A stretch of DNA of 64,000 nucleotides from Verrucomicrobiia bacterium (GCA_020849895.1 JADZFN010000034.1:7942-71941); one strand, 5' to 3'. Shown: positions 18,681-34,783, counted from the stretch's first letter. Notes: generated by a model not told the origin, from the letters alone. Made by a program: numbers and translations.

Positions 18681-19315
18681 TGGGCGGCCTCCAGGCCCTG
18701 ACTGCGCGCCGCCAGGGCGTCGAGCGCGGCGCGCGTGAGCACAAGGCGTTCGCAATTGAGAATCTGATACGTATTCACATCGGCGGCCATCGCGGTGTTC
18801 ACCCGGGCCACGTTTCGCGAGGCGCGCCGCAACGCTTCGGTGGGCTTCTCGTGAACCACGAGCGCAGACCCCTCGACCTTGAGTCCCCTGAGGATTTCGA
18901 CGAAATCGCGCGTTTTCGCGCTGGGCACATCAAGCGATTCGACCACGAGCGCGCTGCCGTCCTGCAACCGTCCCGCAAGCGCCTGGCAGAACGCGAGGCG
19001 GCGGACCTGGCGGGGCATGCGCTTGCGGTAATCCCGCGGCTTCGGCCCGAACACCACGCCGCCCTTGCGCCAGACCGGCGAGCGGGCGTAACCGGCGCGG
19101 GCGCGTCCGGTCCCCTTCTGCTTCCAGGGCTTTTTCCCGGAGCCGGCGACTTCGGCAACCGTCTTTGTGGAGGCGGTGCCGGCGCGCCGGTTGGCCAGAT
19201 GCGTGACGATCGCGTCATGAGCGACCTGAGGGCTCACCTTGCTGAAATCGCTCCGAAGCGCGATTTCATGCTCGCCTTTCGGAGTGCCGTCCTGATTGAG
19301 AATCTTGATCTTCAT
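18677..19315 (-). CDS. rplD: 50S ribosomal protein L4
   Basis: Track ORF 18677..19417 trimmed to ATG 19315 (MKIKILNQDGTPKGEHEIAL...KPWKQKGTGRAR...). Confidence 0.93.
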   Translation of the reverse strand: MKIKILNQDGTPKGEHEIALRSDFSKVSPQVAHDAIVTHLANRRAGTASTKTVAEVAGSGKKPWKQKGTGRARAGYARSPVWRKGGVVFGPKPRDYRKRMPRQVRRLAFCQALAGRLQDGSALVVESLDVPSAKTRDFVEILRGLKVEGSALVVHEKPTEALRRASRNVARVNTAMAADVNTYQILNCERLVLTRAALDALAARSQGLEAAQ

Positions 19316-19319
19316 GGCA

Positions 19320-20021
19320 TCAGGCCTTCTTCGCCGAAGGCTTCTTGGCCGTGGATTTCTCCACGAGCTTCTTTCCCTTGATCGAAGGGCGAATGACAAG
19401 ATGTGATCCGGGCGCACCGGGAACGCAGCCGCGCACGAGGAGAAGATTCTCGCCCTCGCGCACCTGCATCACGCGGAGGTTCTGAACGGTGATCCGGGTG
19501 TCGCCCATGTGACCGCCCATGCGAGCGTTCTTCCAGATGCGTCCCGGCCAGGCGCGCATCCCGATCGCACCGGGCCGGCGATGCGTCTTGGAACCGTGCG
19601 CCGCGCCGCCTCCCGCAAAACGATGGCGGCGGACGACGCCCTGAAACCCCTTGCCCTTGGAAATTCCGATCACGTCCACAAACTGACCGACGGTGAAACG
19701 CGTGGCGTTCACGCTCTCACCGGGCTTGAGGCCCTCGCCGGCGCCGAGGCGAAACTCGCGGATGAAGGCGAATCCGTCGGTCTTCGTCTTGGCGTCGCCT
19801 CCCTTTGCCTTGCGGACATGCCCGAGCTGGGCGCGGGTCGTATTCTTCTCCTTGCGCACGCCGTAACCGAGCTGGACGGCTTCATACCGGTCGGTGGTTG
19901 CGGTCTTGCGCTGGAGGACGGTGCACGGCCCCGCTTCGATCACCGTCACCGGGTGCAACACCCCCTGGTCGTCGTAGATCTGGGACATCCCCAGTTTTTT
20001 TCCAAGCAGGCCCACGCTCAT
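19320..20021 (-). CDS. rplC: 50S ribosomal protein L3
   Basis: Starts MSVGLLGKKLGMSQIYDDQGVLHPVTVIEAGPC... Confidence 0.95.
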   Translation of the reverse strand: MSVGLLGKKLGMSQIYDDQGVLHPVTVIEAGPCTVLQRKTATTDRYEAVQLGYGVRKEKNTTRAQLGHVRKAKGGDAKTKTDGFAFIREFRLGAGEGLKPGESVNATRFTVGQFVDVIGISKGKGFQGVVRRHRFAGGGAAHGSKTHRRPGAIGMRAWPGRIWKNARMGGHMGDTRITVQNLRVMQVREGENLLLVRGCVPGAPGSHLVIRPSIKGKKLVEKSTAKKPSAKKA

Positions 20022-20023
20022 GG

Positions 20024-20332
20024 CTAGATCTTGATCTGGATGTCCACGCCGGCCGGTAGGTTCAGCTTCTTGAGCTCGTCCACGGTCTTGGCGGTGGGGT
20101 CAATAATGTCGAGCAGACGTTTGTGCGTCCGCACCTCGAACTGGTCCATGGACTTCTTGTCCACGTGCGGCGAGCGATTGACGGTGAAACGCTCGATCCG
20201 TGTAGGGAGCGGCACCGGACCCGAAACCCGCGCGCCGGTGCGCTTGGCGGTCTCGACGATTTCGGACGCCGAGGCGTCGAGCAGCCGGTAGTCGAAACCC
20301 TTGAGGCGGATTCTGATGCGCTGATGGTCCAT
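20024..20332 (-). CDS. rpsJ: 30S ribosomal protein S10
   Basis: Track ORF 20024..20380 trimmed to ATG 20332 ([19 protein letters not shown]...). Confidence 0.93.
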   Translation of the reverse strand: MDHQRIRIRLKGFDYRLLDASASEIVETAKRTGARVSGPVPLPTRIERFTVNRSPHVDKKSMDQFEVRTHKRLLDIIDPTAKTVDELKKLNLPAGVDIQIKI

Positions 20333-20382
20333 GGGAAAACGAGAGCCTTTCAGATTATCGGTTTTTTCACGCGAGGCCAAGA

Positions 20383-22575
20383 TTATTTCTTCTGTGCCTC
20401 CAGAATTCGGGCGAGCACCTGTTCGGGCACGCGCTCGAAGTGCGAGGGCTCCATTGAATAGGCGGCGCGCCCCTTGCTCAGCGAGCGGATGTCGGTGGCG
20501 TAGCCGAACATCTGTTCGAGCGGCACTTCGGCATGAACGAGCACCGTCGCCCCCTGCGTCTCGATATTCATGATCTTGCCGCGCCGGCGGTTGAGGTCGC
20601 CGAGGAGATCGCCTTGATATTCGTCCGGCGTGATCAGCTCCACCTTCATGATCGGCTCGAGGATGATGCAGCCAGCCTTCTTCATCGCGTCCTTGAAGGC
20701 GAAGATGCCGGCCATCTTGAAGGCAAGCTCGCTGGAGTCCACTTCGTGGTAGGTGCCTTCCAAGATCTCCACCTTGACGTCCACCACCGGATACCCGGCG
20801 AGCACTCCGCCCGCGATGGCCTCCTCGACGCCATCAATCGAAGGACCGATGAACTCCTTCGGGATGCTCCCGCCAACCACCTTGTTTTCGATGATGGCGC
20901 CGGAGCCTTTTTCTCCGGGATAGACCTTGAGGATGACGTGGCCATACTGGCCGCGCCCGCCGGATTGGCGGATGAATTTGCCTTCGCCATCCGCCGCCTT
21001 GGTGAGCGTCTCGCGATAGGCGATCTGCGGCTTGCCGGCATTCGCCTCGACCTTGAACTCGCGGAACATGCGGTCGCGGATGATCTCGAGGTGGAGCTCG
21101 CCCATCCCCTGGATGATCATCTGTCCAGTCTCCTGATCGGTCTTGACGCGGAAGGTCGGATCTTCCTCAGAAAGCCGCTGGAGCGCTTCGCCCATGCGCT
21201 CGCGGTCGCCCTTGGTCTTCGGCTCGACGGCCATCGAGATCACGGGCTCTGGGAAAGTCGGCGGCTCGAGCAAGATCGGATGGTCTTCGTCGCACAGCGT
21301 GTCGCCGGTGGTGATGTTCTTGATTCCGACCAAGGCGGCGATGTCGCCGGAGTAGACGGTGTCCACGTCCTCACGCTTGTCGGCCTGGATCATCAGCACC
21401 CGGCTGACGCGTTCCCGTTTGTTCGTCCGCGGGTTGTAGATGGTGTCGCCCTTCTTGAGCTTGCCTGAATAGACGCGGAAGAAAACCAGTTTGCCGACGT
21501 AAGGATCCGTCCAGAGCTTGAACGCCAGAGAGCTGAACGCGGCGTGGTCGGTGGTGGGTGCTTCGACCTTTGTTTCGTGGGCGTCCGGGTCCTGACCGAC
21601 CGCCGCAGGGATGTCGAGAGGCGAAGGCAGGTAATCCACAACGGCGTCCACGACGTTCTGGACCCCGCGCTTCTTGAACGCCGAACCGCAAAACACCGGC
21701 ACCATTTTGATTGCGATCGTCTGGCGGCGCACGGCCTGTTTGAGGAGCAGGTCCGGAATGGGTTTCTCCTCGAGGAAGAGGTTGGCCACCTCCTCGTCGA
21801 GATCCGCCACCGCCTCGACCAGTTCCTGGCGCGCCTTCTTTGCCGCCTCGGCGAGGTCCGCCGGAACATCGATCACTTGGAAAACCATCCCGTTGTTCTT
21901 TTCGTTTTCGGCGTCCTCAGGCCAGAGGAAGGCCTTCTGGGAGACGACGTCCACGACTCCTCGGAAGGTGTCGGCGCTCCCGATCGGGAGCGCAAGCGGC
22001 CAAGCGTTGGCGCCGAGCTTCGTCCGGAGATCGTTGAGGGCCTTCGCGAAGTTCGCGCCGACGCGGTCCATCTTGTTGACGAATGCGATGCGCGGCACGT
22101 GATACTTGGTGGCTTGGCGCCAGACGGTCTCCGACTGCGGCTGCACGCCGGCGACGCCGCAGAAAACGGCAATGGCGCCATCCAGCACGCGCAGCGAGCG
22201 CTCCACCTCGGCGGTGAAATCCACGTGGCCCGGAGTGTCAATGATGTTGACGCGATGTTTGATTCCGGGGAAAAGCTTGACGACTTCCTCCTCGGGTTTC
22301 TGACTCCAAAAGCAGGTGGTGGCGGCCGAGGTGATCGTGATGCCGCGTTCGCGCTCCTGCTCCATCCAGTCGGTAACGGTGTTCCCGTCATCCACGTCGC
22401 CGATCTTGTGGACCAATCCGGTGTAGAAAAGGATGCGCTCGGTGGTCGTGGTCTTGCCGGCGTCAATGTGCGCGGCAATCCCGATGTTGCGCGTGAGCTG
22501 CAGCGTATAAGGACGCTTCGGATCGTTCGGATTGTCTCCGTTTCCTGGCGTTGAAGTCTGTGCGGCGGGGGGCAT
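20383..22575 (-). CDS. fusA: elongation factor G
   Basis: Contains [20 protein letters not shown]...DTPGHVDF...NKMD. The ~20-aa N-terminal extension has no internal alternative start. Confidence 0.95.
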   Translation of the reverse strand: MPPAAQTSTPGNGDNPNDPKRPYTLQLTRNIGIAAHIDAGKTTTTERILFYTGLVHKIGDVDDGNTVTDWMEQERERGITITSAATTCFWSQKPEEEVVKLFPGIKHRVNIIDTPGHVDFTAEVERSLRVLDGAIAVFCGVAGVQPQSETVWRQATKYHVPRIAFVNKMDRVGANFAKALNDLRTKLGANAWPLALPIGSADTFRGVVDVVSQKAFLWPEDAENEKNNGMVFQVIDVPADLAEAAKKARQELVEAVADLDEEVANLFLEEKPIPDLLLKQAVRRQTIAIKMVPVFCGSAFKKRGVQNVVDAVVDYLPSPLDIPAAVGQDPDAHETKVEAPTTDHAAFSSLAFKLWTDPYVGKLVFFRVYSGKLKKGDTIYNPRTNKRERVSRVLMIQADKREDVDTVYSGDIAALVGIKNITTGDTLCDEDHPILLEPPTFPEPVISMAVEPKTKGDRERMGEALQRLSEEDPTFRVKTDQETGQMIIQGMGELHLEIIRDRMFREFKVEANAGKPQIAYRETLTKAADGEGKFIRQSGGRGQYGHVILKVYPGEKGSGAIIENKVVGGSIPKEFIGPSIDGVEEAIAGGVLAGYPVVDVKVEILEGTYHEVDSSELAFKMAGIFAFKDAMKKAGCIILEPIMKVELITPDEYQGDLLGDLNRRRGKIMNIETQGATVLVHAEVPLEQMFGYATDIRSLSKGRAAYSMEPSHFERVPEQVLARILEAQKK

Positions 22576-22632
22576 GGAGGCGTAAGAAAGGCGAAGGGAC
22601 GAGGGCGGCGGGTCTTCCGTCGGAGAGCGACC

Positions 22633-23106
22633 TTACCAGCGCAGATGCGCGAAGGCCTTGTTGGCTTGGGCCATCTTGTGGACGTCGTCGCGCTTCTTCA
22701 CGGCGGCCCCCTGCCCGTTGAAGGCGTCAAAGATTTCGTCGGCAAGGGCCTTCTTCATGGAAACGCCCTTGCGCCCATCGGCCAAGCGCACCATCCAGCG
22801 GAGGGCCACGGAAAGCTGACGTTCGGGAGCGACCTCGACGGGCACCTGATAGGTGGCGCCGCCGACGCGACGCGATTTTACCTCGACACGCGGACGGACG
22901 TTGTCGAGAGCCTTGTTGAGCACTTCGATCGGATCGCCCTTGCTGGCTTTTTCGCTCAGGATCGCGAAAGCCCCGTACACGATGCGCTGGGCGGTGGCCT
23001 TCTTGCCGCGCCACATGACGGTGTTGACCAAACGGTTCACCACCGGGCTGTTGTAGCGGGAATCGGGGCGTTGGGGACGGCGTTCAGCTCTGCGGCGGCG
23101 GGACAT
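22633..23106 (-). CDS. rpsG: 30S ribosomal protein S7
   Basis: Starts MSRRRRAERRPQRPDSRYNSPVVNRLVN... Confidence 0.95.
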   Translation of the reverse strand: MSRRRRAERRPQRPDSRYNSPVVNRLVNTVMWRGKKATAQRIVYGAFAILSEKASKGDPIEVLNKALDNVRPRVEVKSRRVGGATYQVPVEVAPERQLSVALRWMVRLADGRKGVSMKKALADEIFDAFNGQGAAVKKRDDVHKMAQANKAFAHLRW

Positions 23107-23156
23107 GGGGAATCAAGAGTGGAAGTGAGGAAGGTAAATCGCGTGAAAAGAAGAGG

Positions 23157-23576
23157 CTATTTCTTGGCGGCCTCGGCGGAGGCGGCGGCAGCCTTGGCGC
23201 CACCGGCCTTCGGACGCTTGGCGCCGTACTTCGAACGCCCACGGCGACGCCCTTCGACTCCGAGGGTGTCGAGCGTCCCGCGCACGATGTGATAGCGGAC
23301 GCCGGGGAGGTCCTTCACCCGGCCGCCGCGCACCATCACGATCGCGTGCTCCTGCAGGTTGTGGCCAACTCCACCGATATACCCCCAGACCTCGGTGCCG
23401 TTGGTCAGCCGCACACGGGCCACCTTGCGGAGCGCCGAGTTCGGCTTCTTCGGCGTCATCGTCTTGACCTGGAGGCAGACGCCCCGACGCTGCGGGCTGC
23501 CGGAGAGCGCGGGCGATTTGGATTTGTCGCGCACCTTCTGGCGGCCCTTGCGGATGAGCTGGTTGATTGTCGGCAT
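23157..23576 (-). CDS. rpsL: 30S ribosomal protein S12
   Basis: Starts [24 protein letters not shown]..., with an Ala/Lys-rich C-terminal tail. Confidence 0.95.
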   Translation of the reverse strand: MPTINQLIRKGRQKVRDKSKSPALSGSPQRRGVCLQVKTMTPKKPNSALRKVARVRLTNGTEVWGYIGGVGHNLQEHAIVMVRGGRVKDLPGVRYHIVRGTLDTLGVEGRRRGRSKYGAKRPKAGGAKAAAASAEAAKK

Positions 23577-23643
23577 GATTTCGTCGGGGGAAAAGGTGAA
23601 GGATAAGGACGTTTGCGCAGGAGAGCAAGAGGGTTCTGCACGA

Positions 23644-27739
<4,096 letters not shown>

Positions 27740-27747
<8 letters not shown>

Positions 27748-30700
27748 AGGTCGTCTCTTCGTTTTTGTGCACTTGGACGTCGAGCCCGAGGCACTGCATT
27801 TCCTTCATGAGCACATTGAAAGATTCGGGAATCCCCGCCTGAAGCGAGTTGTCCCCCTTTACGATGGACTCGTAGGTCCGCGTGCGTCCGGCGACGTCGT
27901 CGCTCTTCACGGTGAGCAGCTCCTGGAGGGCGTTGGCGCATCCATAGGCTTCCATTGCCCACACCTCCATTTCGCCGAAGCGCTGGCCGCCGTATTGCGC
28001 CTTGCCGCCCAACGGCTGCTGGGTGACGAGCGAATAAGGGCCGACCGCGCGCGCGTGGATCTTGTCGGCGACGAGGTGGCCGAGCTTCATCATATAGATG
28101 TAGCCCACGACCACCTCCTGATCGAAGGTGTCGCCGGTGCGCCCGTCGTAGAGGCGCACCTTCCCGTGTTCCGGAAGCTTCGCGTCGCGAAGATATCTGC
28201 GGATCTGTTCCTCCTTGATGCCGTCGAAGACGGGGGTCGCCACGCGAAAGCCGAGCAGTTTCGCCGCCCAGCCGAGGTGGGTCTCAAGCACCTGCCCGAC
28301 GTTCATACGCGAAGGCACGCCGAGCGGGTTCAGGACGATGTCCACCGGGTTGCCGTCGTCGAGGAAGGGCATGTCCTCCTCGGGCACGATTCTCGCGATC
28401 ACCCCCTTGTTCCCATGGCGTCCGGCCATCTTGTCTCCGACGCTGAGCTTGCGTTTGCTCGCGACGTAGACCTTCACCTGCTTGATGACACCGGGGTCCA
28501 CCTCGTCTCCGCTCTCCAGGCGCCCCATGTTTTGCTGGTGCTCCATGTCGAGGTCTTCGAATTTCTTCTCGTAGACCCCGATGATCTCGCGGATCTTGAT
28601 GCGGATGGGGCTCGGATCAATCTCGACGTGCTTGTACACCGAGGCGAGCTTGCGGAGCAGCGTCTTGGTGATCTTGCGATTGGACTGAATGATGACCTCG
28701 CCCGTCTCGGCGTTCACGACGTCGAGCGGGATCTTCTCGCCGAGGAGGATGTTGCTGAGCGCCTCAGTGAGCTCCTCGCGGAGCTCGGTGACGCGTTTGG
28801 CGTACATCTCCTTCTCGGACTTGATCTGGCGGCGCGTCTCGGTGGGCGTCAGCTTGGAGCGGTGGGTCTCCTTCTTGCTGGAGACCTTCACGTCCATGAC
28901 GATTCCATAAACGCCGCTGGGCACCATGAGGGAGGTGTCCTTCACGTCGGCGGCCTTCTCGCCGAAGATCGCGCGCAGGAGGCGCTCCTCGGGAGCGAGC
29001 TCGGTCTCGCTCTTCGGGGTGATCTTGCCGACGAGAATGTCGTTCGGCTTCACCTCGGCGCCGATGCGGATGACGCCGTCCGCGCCCAGATTCTTCAGAG
29101 CCTCTTCTCCGACGTTCGGAATGTCGCGCGTGATCTCCTCGGGGCCGAGCTTGGTGTCGCGCGCGCTCGCTTCGAACTCGTCAATGTGGATGCTCGTGTA
29201 GACATCGTCGCGCACGACCCGTTCGTTGACGAGGATGGCGTCCTCGAAGTTGTATCCGTGCCACGGCATAAACGCCACGAGCAGGTTGCGCCCGAGCGCG
29301 ATCTCGCCGCGGTCGGTGCAAGGGCCGTCCGCGAGGACCTGCCCCTTCTTGACGACTTCGCCCTTGCGGACGATGGGGCGCTGGTTGAGGCACGTGCCGG
29401 CGTTCGAGCGCATGAACTTGCGCAAGTCGTAGACGTGGATCCCTTCCTCGGCGTCGGTGCGCAGCTTTTTCTTTGTCTCGGAAAGCTTGCCGTCTTTCGT
29501 CACGACGATCTGGCAAGCGCTCACGGAGGCGACGCGGCCGGACGATTCCGAGACGACGAGGACCTTCGAGTCGCGTGCGACGCGCTCTTCGAGACCGGTC
29601 CCGACGATGGGGGCTTCCGGTTGGAGGAGCGGCACGCCCTGACGCTGCATATTCGAGCCCATGAGGGCGCGGTTGGCGTCGTCGTGTTCAAGGAAGGGGA
29701 TGAGGCCGGCGGCTACGGAGACGAGCTGTTTCGGCGAGACGTCCATGTAATCCACACGAGAAGGCTCCACTTCGATGAAGTCGCCCTTGAAGCGCACGCT
29801 CACGCGCGGCCCCTTGAGGCGGCCGTCGGATTCCACGAGGGAGTTGGCCTGGGCAACGACGAACTTTTCTTCCTGGTCGGCGGTGAGGTAGTCCACTCTC
29901 TCGAGGACGCACCCGTGCTCGACCTTGCGGTACGGCGTTTCGATGAAACCGAACTCGTTGATGCGCGCGAAGGTGCTCATCGAGGCGATGAGCCCGATGT
30001 TCGGTCCTTCTGGCGTCTCGATCGGGCAGATGCGCCCGTAGTGGCTGGAGTGGACGTCGCGGACCTCGAAGCCGGCGCGGTCGCGGCTCAGGCCGCCCGG
30101 CCCGAGGGCGCTGAGGCGCCGCTTGTGGGTGAGCTCGGAAAGCGGATTCGTCTGGTCCATGAACTGCGAGAGCTGGCTGCGCCCGAAGAAGTCGCGCACG
30201 ACGGCCGAGAGGGCCTTCGGATTGATGAGCTTCTGCGGCGTCATCGTCTCGATGTTCGTGTCGAAGAGCGTCATGCGCTCGCGAACAAGGCGCTCGGTGC
30301 GGTCCAGTCCGAGGCGACACTGGTTGGCGAGGAGCTCGCCCACCGTGCGCACACGACGGCTGCCGAGGTGGTCAATGTCGTCCACCGATCCTTCCCCACG
30401 CCGCAGACCGATCAGATACTTCATCGCGGCGATCACGTCCTCTTTCGTGATGATGCGCTGCAGGGGGTCCTCGGTCCCGAAGTCGGCCTTCCGGTCCGCA
30501 AAAAGCTTCTGGTTGATCTTATAGCGCCCGACGCGGCCGAGGTCGTAGCGTTTCGGATCGAAGAAGGTGCGCTTGATCAGGGAGCGGGCGTTGGCGACGG
30601 TGGGCGGATCCCCGGGCCGGAGGCGATGATAGATCTCCTTGAGCGCCTCCTCCTCGTTGCGCGCGGTATCCTTTTTGAGGGACTTGAGGATAACTCCTTC

Positions 30701-31549
30701 GTCCGCGCTCGTATCCACCACGCGCACCTTGTTCACCTGCATGTCGAGGAGCTGGCGAACGATGATCCGGGTGAGCGAATCGTAGGCGCGCGCGATGATG
30801 GCGCCCTTTTCGACGTCCATCGCGTCTTCGATGAGCACCTTGTTGGCGAGGCTGGCCTCATCCATGTCACGCGTCAGCGGCAGCTCCGTGACCTTGTAGA
30901 ACAGGTTGATGATATCGGCGTCTTTTTCATAGCCAAGGGTGCGCAGGAGGGTCGTGGCCAGAAACTTGCGGCGGCGGCGGCGGCGGTCGAGGTAGACGTA
31001 GAGGAGGTCGCTGGTATCGAACTGCACCTCGAGCCAGGATCCGCGGTCGGGAATGATGCGGAAGGAGTGGAGGCTCTTGCCGTTCGGATGGATCGTTTCC
31101 TCGAAGCAGATGCCGGGCGAACGATGGAGCTGGCTGACGATCACCCGCTCGGCGCCGTTGATCACGAAGGAGCCCTGCTCCGTCATGAGCGGCATTTCAC
31201 CCATGAACACGCGTTCCTCTTTGGATTCCTTGTGTCCGTCGCGATCCTCGGTCAGGCGGAAGATGACGTGGAGCGGCGCCGCGTAAGTACTCCCCTCGCG
31301 GACGCAGTCCAGCCAGGAGACGCGCTCCCGCTGATCGCCGATTTCGTAACGCACGAAGTCGAGCGTGGTCTTTCCGTCGTAGCTCACGATCGGGAAGACC
31401 TCCTTAAAGACGGCTTGAAGCCCCGTGTTGCGGCGCTTCTCGGGCGACACGTTCGCCTGCAGGAACTCCTCGGCGGAGCGGTTCTGCAGTTCGATGAGGT
31501 TGGGAGGCGCGATCACCTCCGTCACTTTCCCGAAGTTGGTGCGTTCCAT
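27740..31549 (-). CDS. rpoB: DNA-directed RNA polymerase subunit beta
   Basis: Track ORF 27740..31615 (GTG) trimmed to ATG 31549 ([22 protein letters not shown]...). Conserved beta blocks are present throughout. Confidence 0.96.
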
Positions 31550-31660
31550 GGCTTTCTCTCTTCTGTTCCGGCGCGCGGCCGGAGGGGCGCCTCCCCCGCC
31601 GGGGTCCGGGGCCACCCGGACTCCCTGCGGGAGATGGCTTGAGGCGCGGTCGAGGCGAGG

Positions 31661-32038
31661 CTACTTGATCTCGACCTTCGCGCCGGCGGCTTCGAGCTTC
31701 TTCTTGATCTCGTCGGCTTCTTCCTTCGTCACGCCTTCCTTCACGGTCTTGGGCGCGCCCTCGACGAGGTCCTTGGCCTCCTTGAGGCCGAGCGAAGTGA
31801 CGGCGCGAACTTCCTTGATCACGTTGATCTTGTTCGCCCCGGTCTCCTTGAGGATGACGTCGAAGGTGGTCTTGGCTTCGGCAGCGGGTGCCGCGCCTCC
31901 GGCAGCGGGCGCGGCGGCCACGGCGACGGGCGCGGCGGCGCTGACGCCCCAAGCCTGTTCGAGTTCTTTCACGAGGTTCGCCATCTGCAGCACGGTGAGC
32001 GCGCTGAGCTGGTCAATGAGTGCCTTATTGTCCGACAT
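31661..32038 (-). CDS. rplL: 50S ribosomal protein L7/L12
   Basis: Starts [32 protein letters not shown]..., ends ...EAGAKVEIK. Confidence 0.95.
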   Translation of the reverse strand: MSDNKALIDQLSALTVLQMANLVKELEQAWGVSAAAPVAVAAAPAAGGAAPAAEAKTTFDVILKETGANKINVIKEVRAVTSLGLKEAKDLVEGAPKTVKEGVTKEEADEIKKKLEAAGAKVEIK

Positions 32039-32180
32039 GTTCTGATCCTAGTGTCATCGGCGCTCCGAAGGCCTCCGGAGCGATTGACCCCGGGAGCCCC
32101 CAGGGCCGATGGTTCACGTGTTGGGTTGTTGGGTTGTGTGGTGGTCTCCCCATCGAGGGGAAAAGAGGTGGAGGGCGGGG

Positions 32181-32693
32181 TTAGGTGGATTTCGCAGCTT
32201 TCGCCTGCGCAAGACGGGCGAAGCTTGCGGCGGGTTCGCTCGCGAGGCGCACGAAGCTGGAGGCGGGCGTCATGAGGAGCCCGAGCAGTTTGGCGCGGAG
32301 GACCTCGATCGAGGGAAGATCGGCGATCTCGTGGACCTGTTCGGCGGCGAGTTCGACCTTGTCGAGGATGCCGGCCTTCACGCGCAGTTTCTTGAACTCC
32401 TTGTGAAAGCCCCTGACGGCGGAGGCGGCGCCGGAGATATCGGCCTCCCCGTACACGACGGCGGTCGGCCCCTGAAGCGCCGCGTCGGCGACCGACGGCC
32501 CCAGCTTCTTGAGGAGGAGGCGAAGGATGCTGTTTTTGACGACGACCGCGCGCGATTTCGAGCGGGTCAGCCGCTTCCGCAACTCGGTGAAGTCGGCGAC
32601 GGTCAGGCCGGTGTAATCCGTGAGGATGAGGAAGGGCGACCCGGCAATTTTCTTTTCGATCTCGTCGGTGATGGATTTTTTTTCGGGGCGCAT
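32181..32693 (-). CDS. rplJ: 50S ribosomal protein L10
   Basis: Track ORF 32181..32723 trimmed to ATG 32693 (MRPEKKSITDEIEKKIAGSPFLILTDYTGLTVADF...). Confidence 0.9.
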   Translation of the reverse strand: MRPEKKSITDEIEKKIAGSPFLILTDYTGLTVADFTELRKRLTRSKSRAVVVKNSILRLLLKKLGPSVADAALQGPTAVVYGEADISGAASAVRGFHKEFKKLRVKAGILDKVELAAEQVHEIADLPSIEVLRAKLLGLLMTPASSFVRLASEPAASFARLAQAKAAKST

Positions 32694-32733
32694 GGAAATC
32701 AGTGGAAAATGGGAAATGTGCAATGAGCAATGT

Positions 32734-33432
32734 TCATCCTACGACTGCGAGGAATTCCTTGAGGTCCACGGGCACCCCCGGGCTCATCGTGGTGGAAAGG
32801 GTACAGCTCCCGAGAAAGATCCCCTTCACGGTGGAGGGGCGGGACTTCACGACCGCCTCGATCACGGCACGGGCGTTGGCGGAGATCTGATCGGCCTCGA
32901 AGCTCGCCTTGCCGACGGCGACGTGGAGGTTGGCGTTCTTGTCCATCTTGAACTCGACGCGCCCAGCCTTGAACTCGCGGATGGCCTTCGCCATGTCCTC
33001 GGAGACGGTGCCGGTCTTGGGGTTGGGCATCAGGCCCTTGGGACCGAGCTCCTTGCCGAGCTTGCGCACCTCCTGCATGGCGTCCGGCGTGGCGACGGCG
33101 ATGTCGAAGTCGAACCAGCCGCCCTTGATCTTGGCGATGATCTCCTTGAAGCCGACATGCTCCGCCCCGGCGGCACGGGCGGCCTCGGCCTGCGCCCCCT
33201 CGGCGAAGGCGACCACGCGCACCTGTTTACCGGTACCGTGCGGGAGCGGAACGGTCCCACGGACCATCTGCTCGGACTGTTTCGGGTCCACGTTGAGCTT
33301 GATGGAGAGGTCCACCGACTCGTCGAACTTGGCCCGGGGAAATTTCTTGAGCACGACCACCGCTTCCGCGAGCGGATAGCTCTTCCCGTTCTCGATGAAC
33401 TTGGCAGACTCTTTGTAGCGCTTGCTGGGCAT
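32734..33432 (-). CDS. rplA: 50S ribosomal protein L1
   Basis: Starts MPSKRYKESAKFIENGKSYPLAEAVVVLKK... Confidence 0.95.
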   Translation of the reverse strand: MPSKRYKESAKFIENGKSYPLAEAVVVLKKFPRAKFDESVDLSIKLNVDPKQSEQMVRGTVPLPHGTGKQVRVVAFAEGAQAEAARAAGAEHVGFKEIIAKIKGGWFDFDIAVATPDAMQEVRKLGKELGPKGLMPNPKTGTVSEDMAKAIREFKAGRVEFKMDKNANLHVAVGKASFEADQISANARAVIEAVVKSRPSTVKGIFLGSCTLSTTMSPGVPVDLKEFLAVVG

Positions 33433-33507
33433 AAGACTATTTCAGTTTCCTATATGGAGAAAGCGAGCTTCACAGGAGTTGGCTTGATGCGAAAATTCCT
33501 AAAACGG

Positions 33508-33933
33508 TCAGTCCACGACCTCGATGCCCATCGAGCGGGCGGTGCCGGCGATGGTGCGGTAGGCGGCTTCGTCGCTGGCGCAGTTCATGTCCTTGGCCTT
33601 CTTGGCCACGATCTCCATGATCTGCTTGCGGGTGACCTTGCCGACCTTGTTGCGGTTCGGCTGGCCGCTCGCGGTGGCGATATTGGCCGCCTTCTTGAGG
33701 AGCACGGGGGCGGGCGGCGACTTCGTGATGAAGGTGAAGGTCTTGTCCTTGTAGACGGTGATGACGACCGGGAGGATCTCGCCGGCCTGCTTCTGGGTGG
33801 CCGCGTTGAACTCCTTGCAGAACGCCATGATGTTGACTCCCTGCTGGCCGAGAGCGGGACCGACGGGAGGCGCGGGGTTGGCCTGCCCAGCGGGGATCTG
33901 GAGGCGAACGATTCCTGTGACTTCTTTGGCCAT
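33508..33933 (-). CDS. rplK: 50S ribosomal protein L11
   Basis: Starts [43 protein letters not shown]... Confidence 0.95.
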   Translation of the reverse strand: MAKEVTGIVRLQIPAGQANPAPPVGPALGQQGVNIMAFCKEFNAATQKQAGEILPVVITVYKDKTFTFITKSPPAPVLLKKAANIATASGQPNRNKVGKVTRKQIMEIVAKKAKDMNCASDEAAYRTIAGTARSMGIEVVD

Positions 33934-33978
33934 ATCAGTAAGCAGTAAGCGGTGAGCAGTGAGCGGTCAGAGCGAGGA

Positions 33979-34539
33979 TCAGGCTTTTTCGACCTGCCAG
34001 AATTCGAGTTCTACGGGGGTCGAGCGCCCGAAAATAGAGACGGAAACCTTGAGCTTGCCCTTCTCCTGATCCACCTCCTCGACCACGCCGGTCATGCCCT
34101 TGAAGGGGCCGTCGTTGACGTTAAGCGTCTCGCCGCGCTCGAAGTTCACTTTCGGCACGACGCGCTCCTCGCGGTCCTGCATCTGGGCAAGGATCTCGTC
34201 CACTTCGTGCTTAGGCAGCGGGATGGGGCGCTCTCCGCCGACGAAACCGAGGACGCCCGGGGTTTCGCGGATGAAGTACCAGGAACGGTCAATGAGCTTC
34301 TCATGCTCGTCCACCAGCTTCAATTGGATGATGAGGTAGCCGGGGAAGAACTTGCGGGTGGTGGTCGCGCGCTTCCCGCGCTTGACCTCCTCGACGCGCT
34401 CGGTGGGGATGAGCACGCGCGTGATGAGGTCGGCGACCTCCTCGCGCGCCTTGCGCTTCTCGATGCTGTCGAAGACCTTCTGCTCCTGCCCGGGAACACA
34501 GTGCAGCACGTACCATTGAGGTTGGAGGTCGGCGCTCAT
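33979..34539 (-). CDS. nusG: transcription termination/antitermination factor NusG
   Basis: Contains WYVLHCVPGQEQKV..., an NGN domain, and a C-terminal KOW (GPFKGMTGVVEEVD). Sits between secE and rplK. Confidence 0.93.
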   Translation of the reverse strand: MSADLQPQWYVLHCVPGQEQKVFDSIEKRKAREEVADLITRVLIPTERVEEVKRGKRATTTRKFFPGYLIIQLKLVDEHEKLIDRSWYFIRETPGVLGFVGGERPIPLPKHEVDEILAQMQDREERVVPKVNFERGETLNVNDGPFKGMTGVVEEVDQEKGKLKVSVSIFGRSTPVELEFWQVEKA

Positions 34540-34549
34540 GGGAAGATCC

Positions 34550-34747
34550 TTATCGCGTCACCACCAGGCTGAACACGCGTCCGATCAGGAAGTCGCAACC
34601 AAAGATGAATCCTCCAAGGGCCGCCATGGTGACGACAATCACGGTTGTGGATTCCTGAAGCTCCTCCCGCGTGGGGCGGGTGCACTTCAGAATCTCCTCC
34701 CGCACTTCGCGGAAGAACCTTCGGATGTTGTCGAACCATGTTTTCAT
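34550..34747 (-). CDS. secE: preprotein translocase subunit SecE
   Basis: 65 aa. Starts MKTWFDNIRRFFREVREEILKCTRPTREEL... followed by one TM helix. In the canonical position upstream of nusG. Confidence 0.9.
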   Translation of the reverse strand: MKTWFDNIRRFFREVREEILKCTRPTREELQESTTVIVVTMAALGGFIFGCDFLIGRVFSLVVTR

Positions 34748-34783
34748 TCAAAAGGCGAACGTAAGCACGCGGGAAGATCAGGC

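Noticed and set aside
20333-20382. Looked for a second tuf copy or an S10 leader structure between fusA and rpsJ
   Set aside because: The spacer is only 50 nt. It is too short for a gene, and I could not fold a convincing structure by eye.
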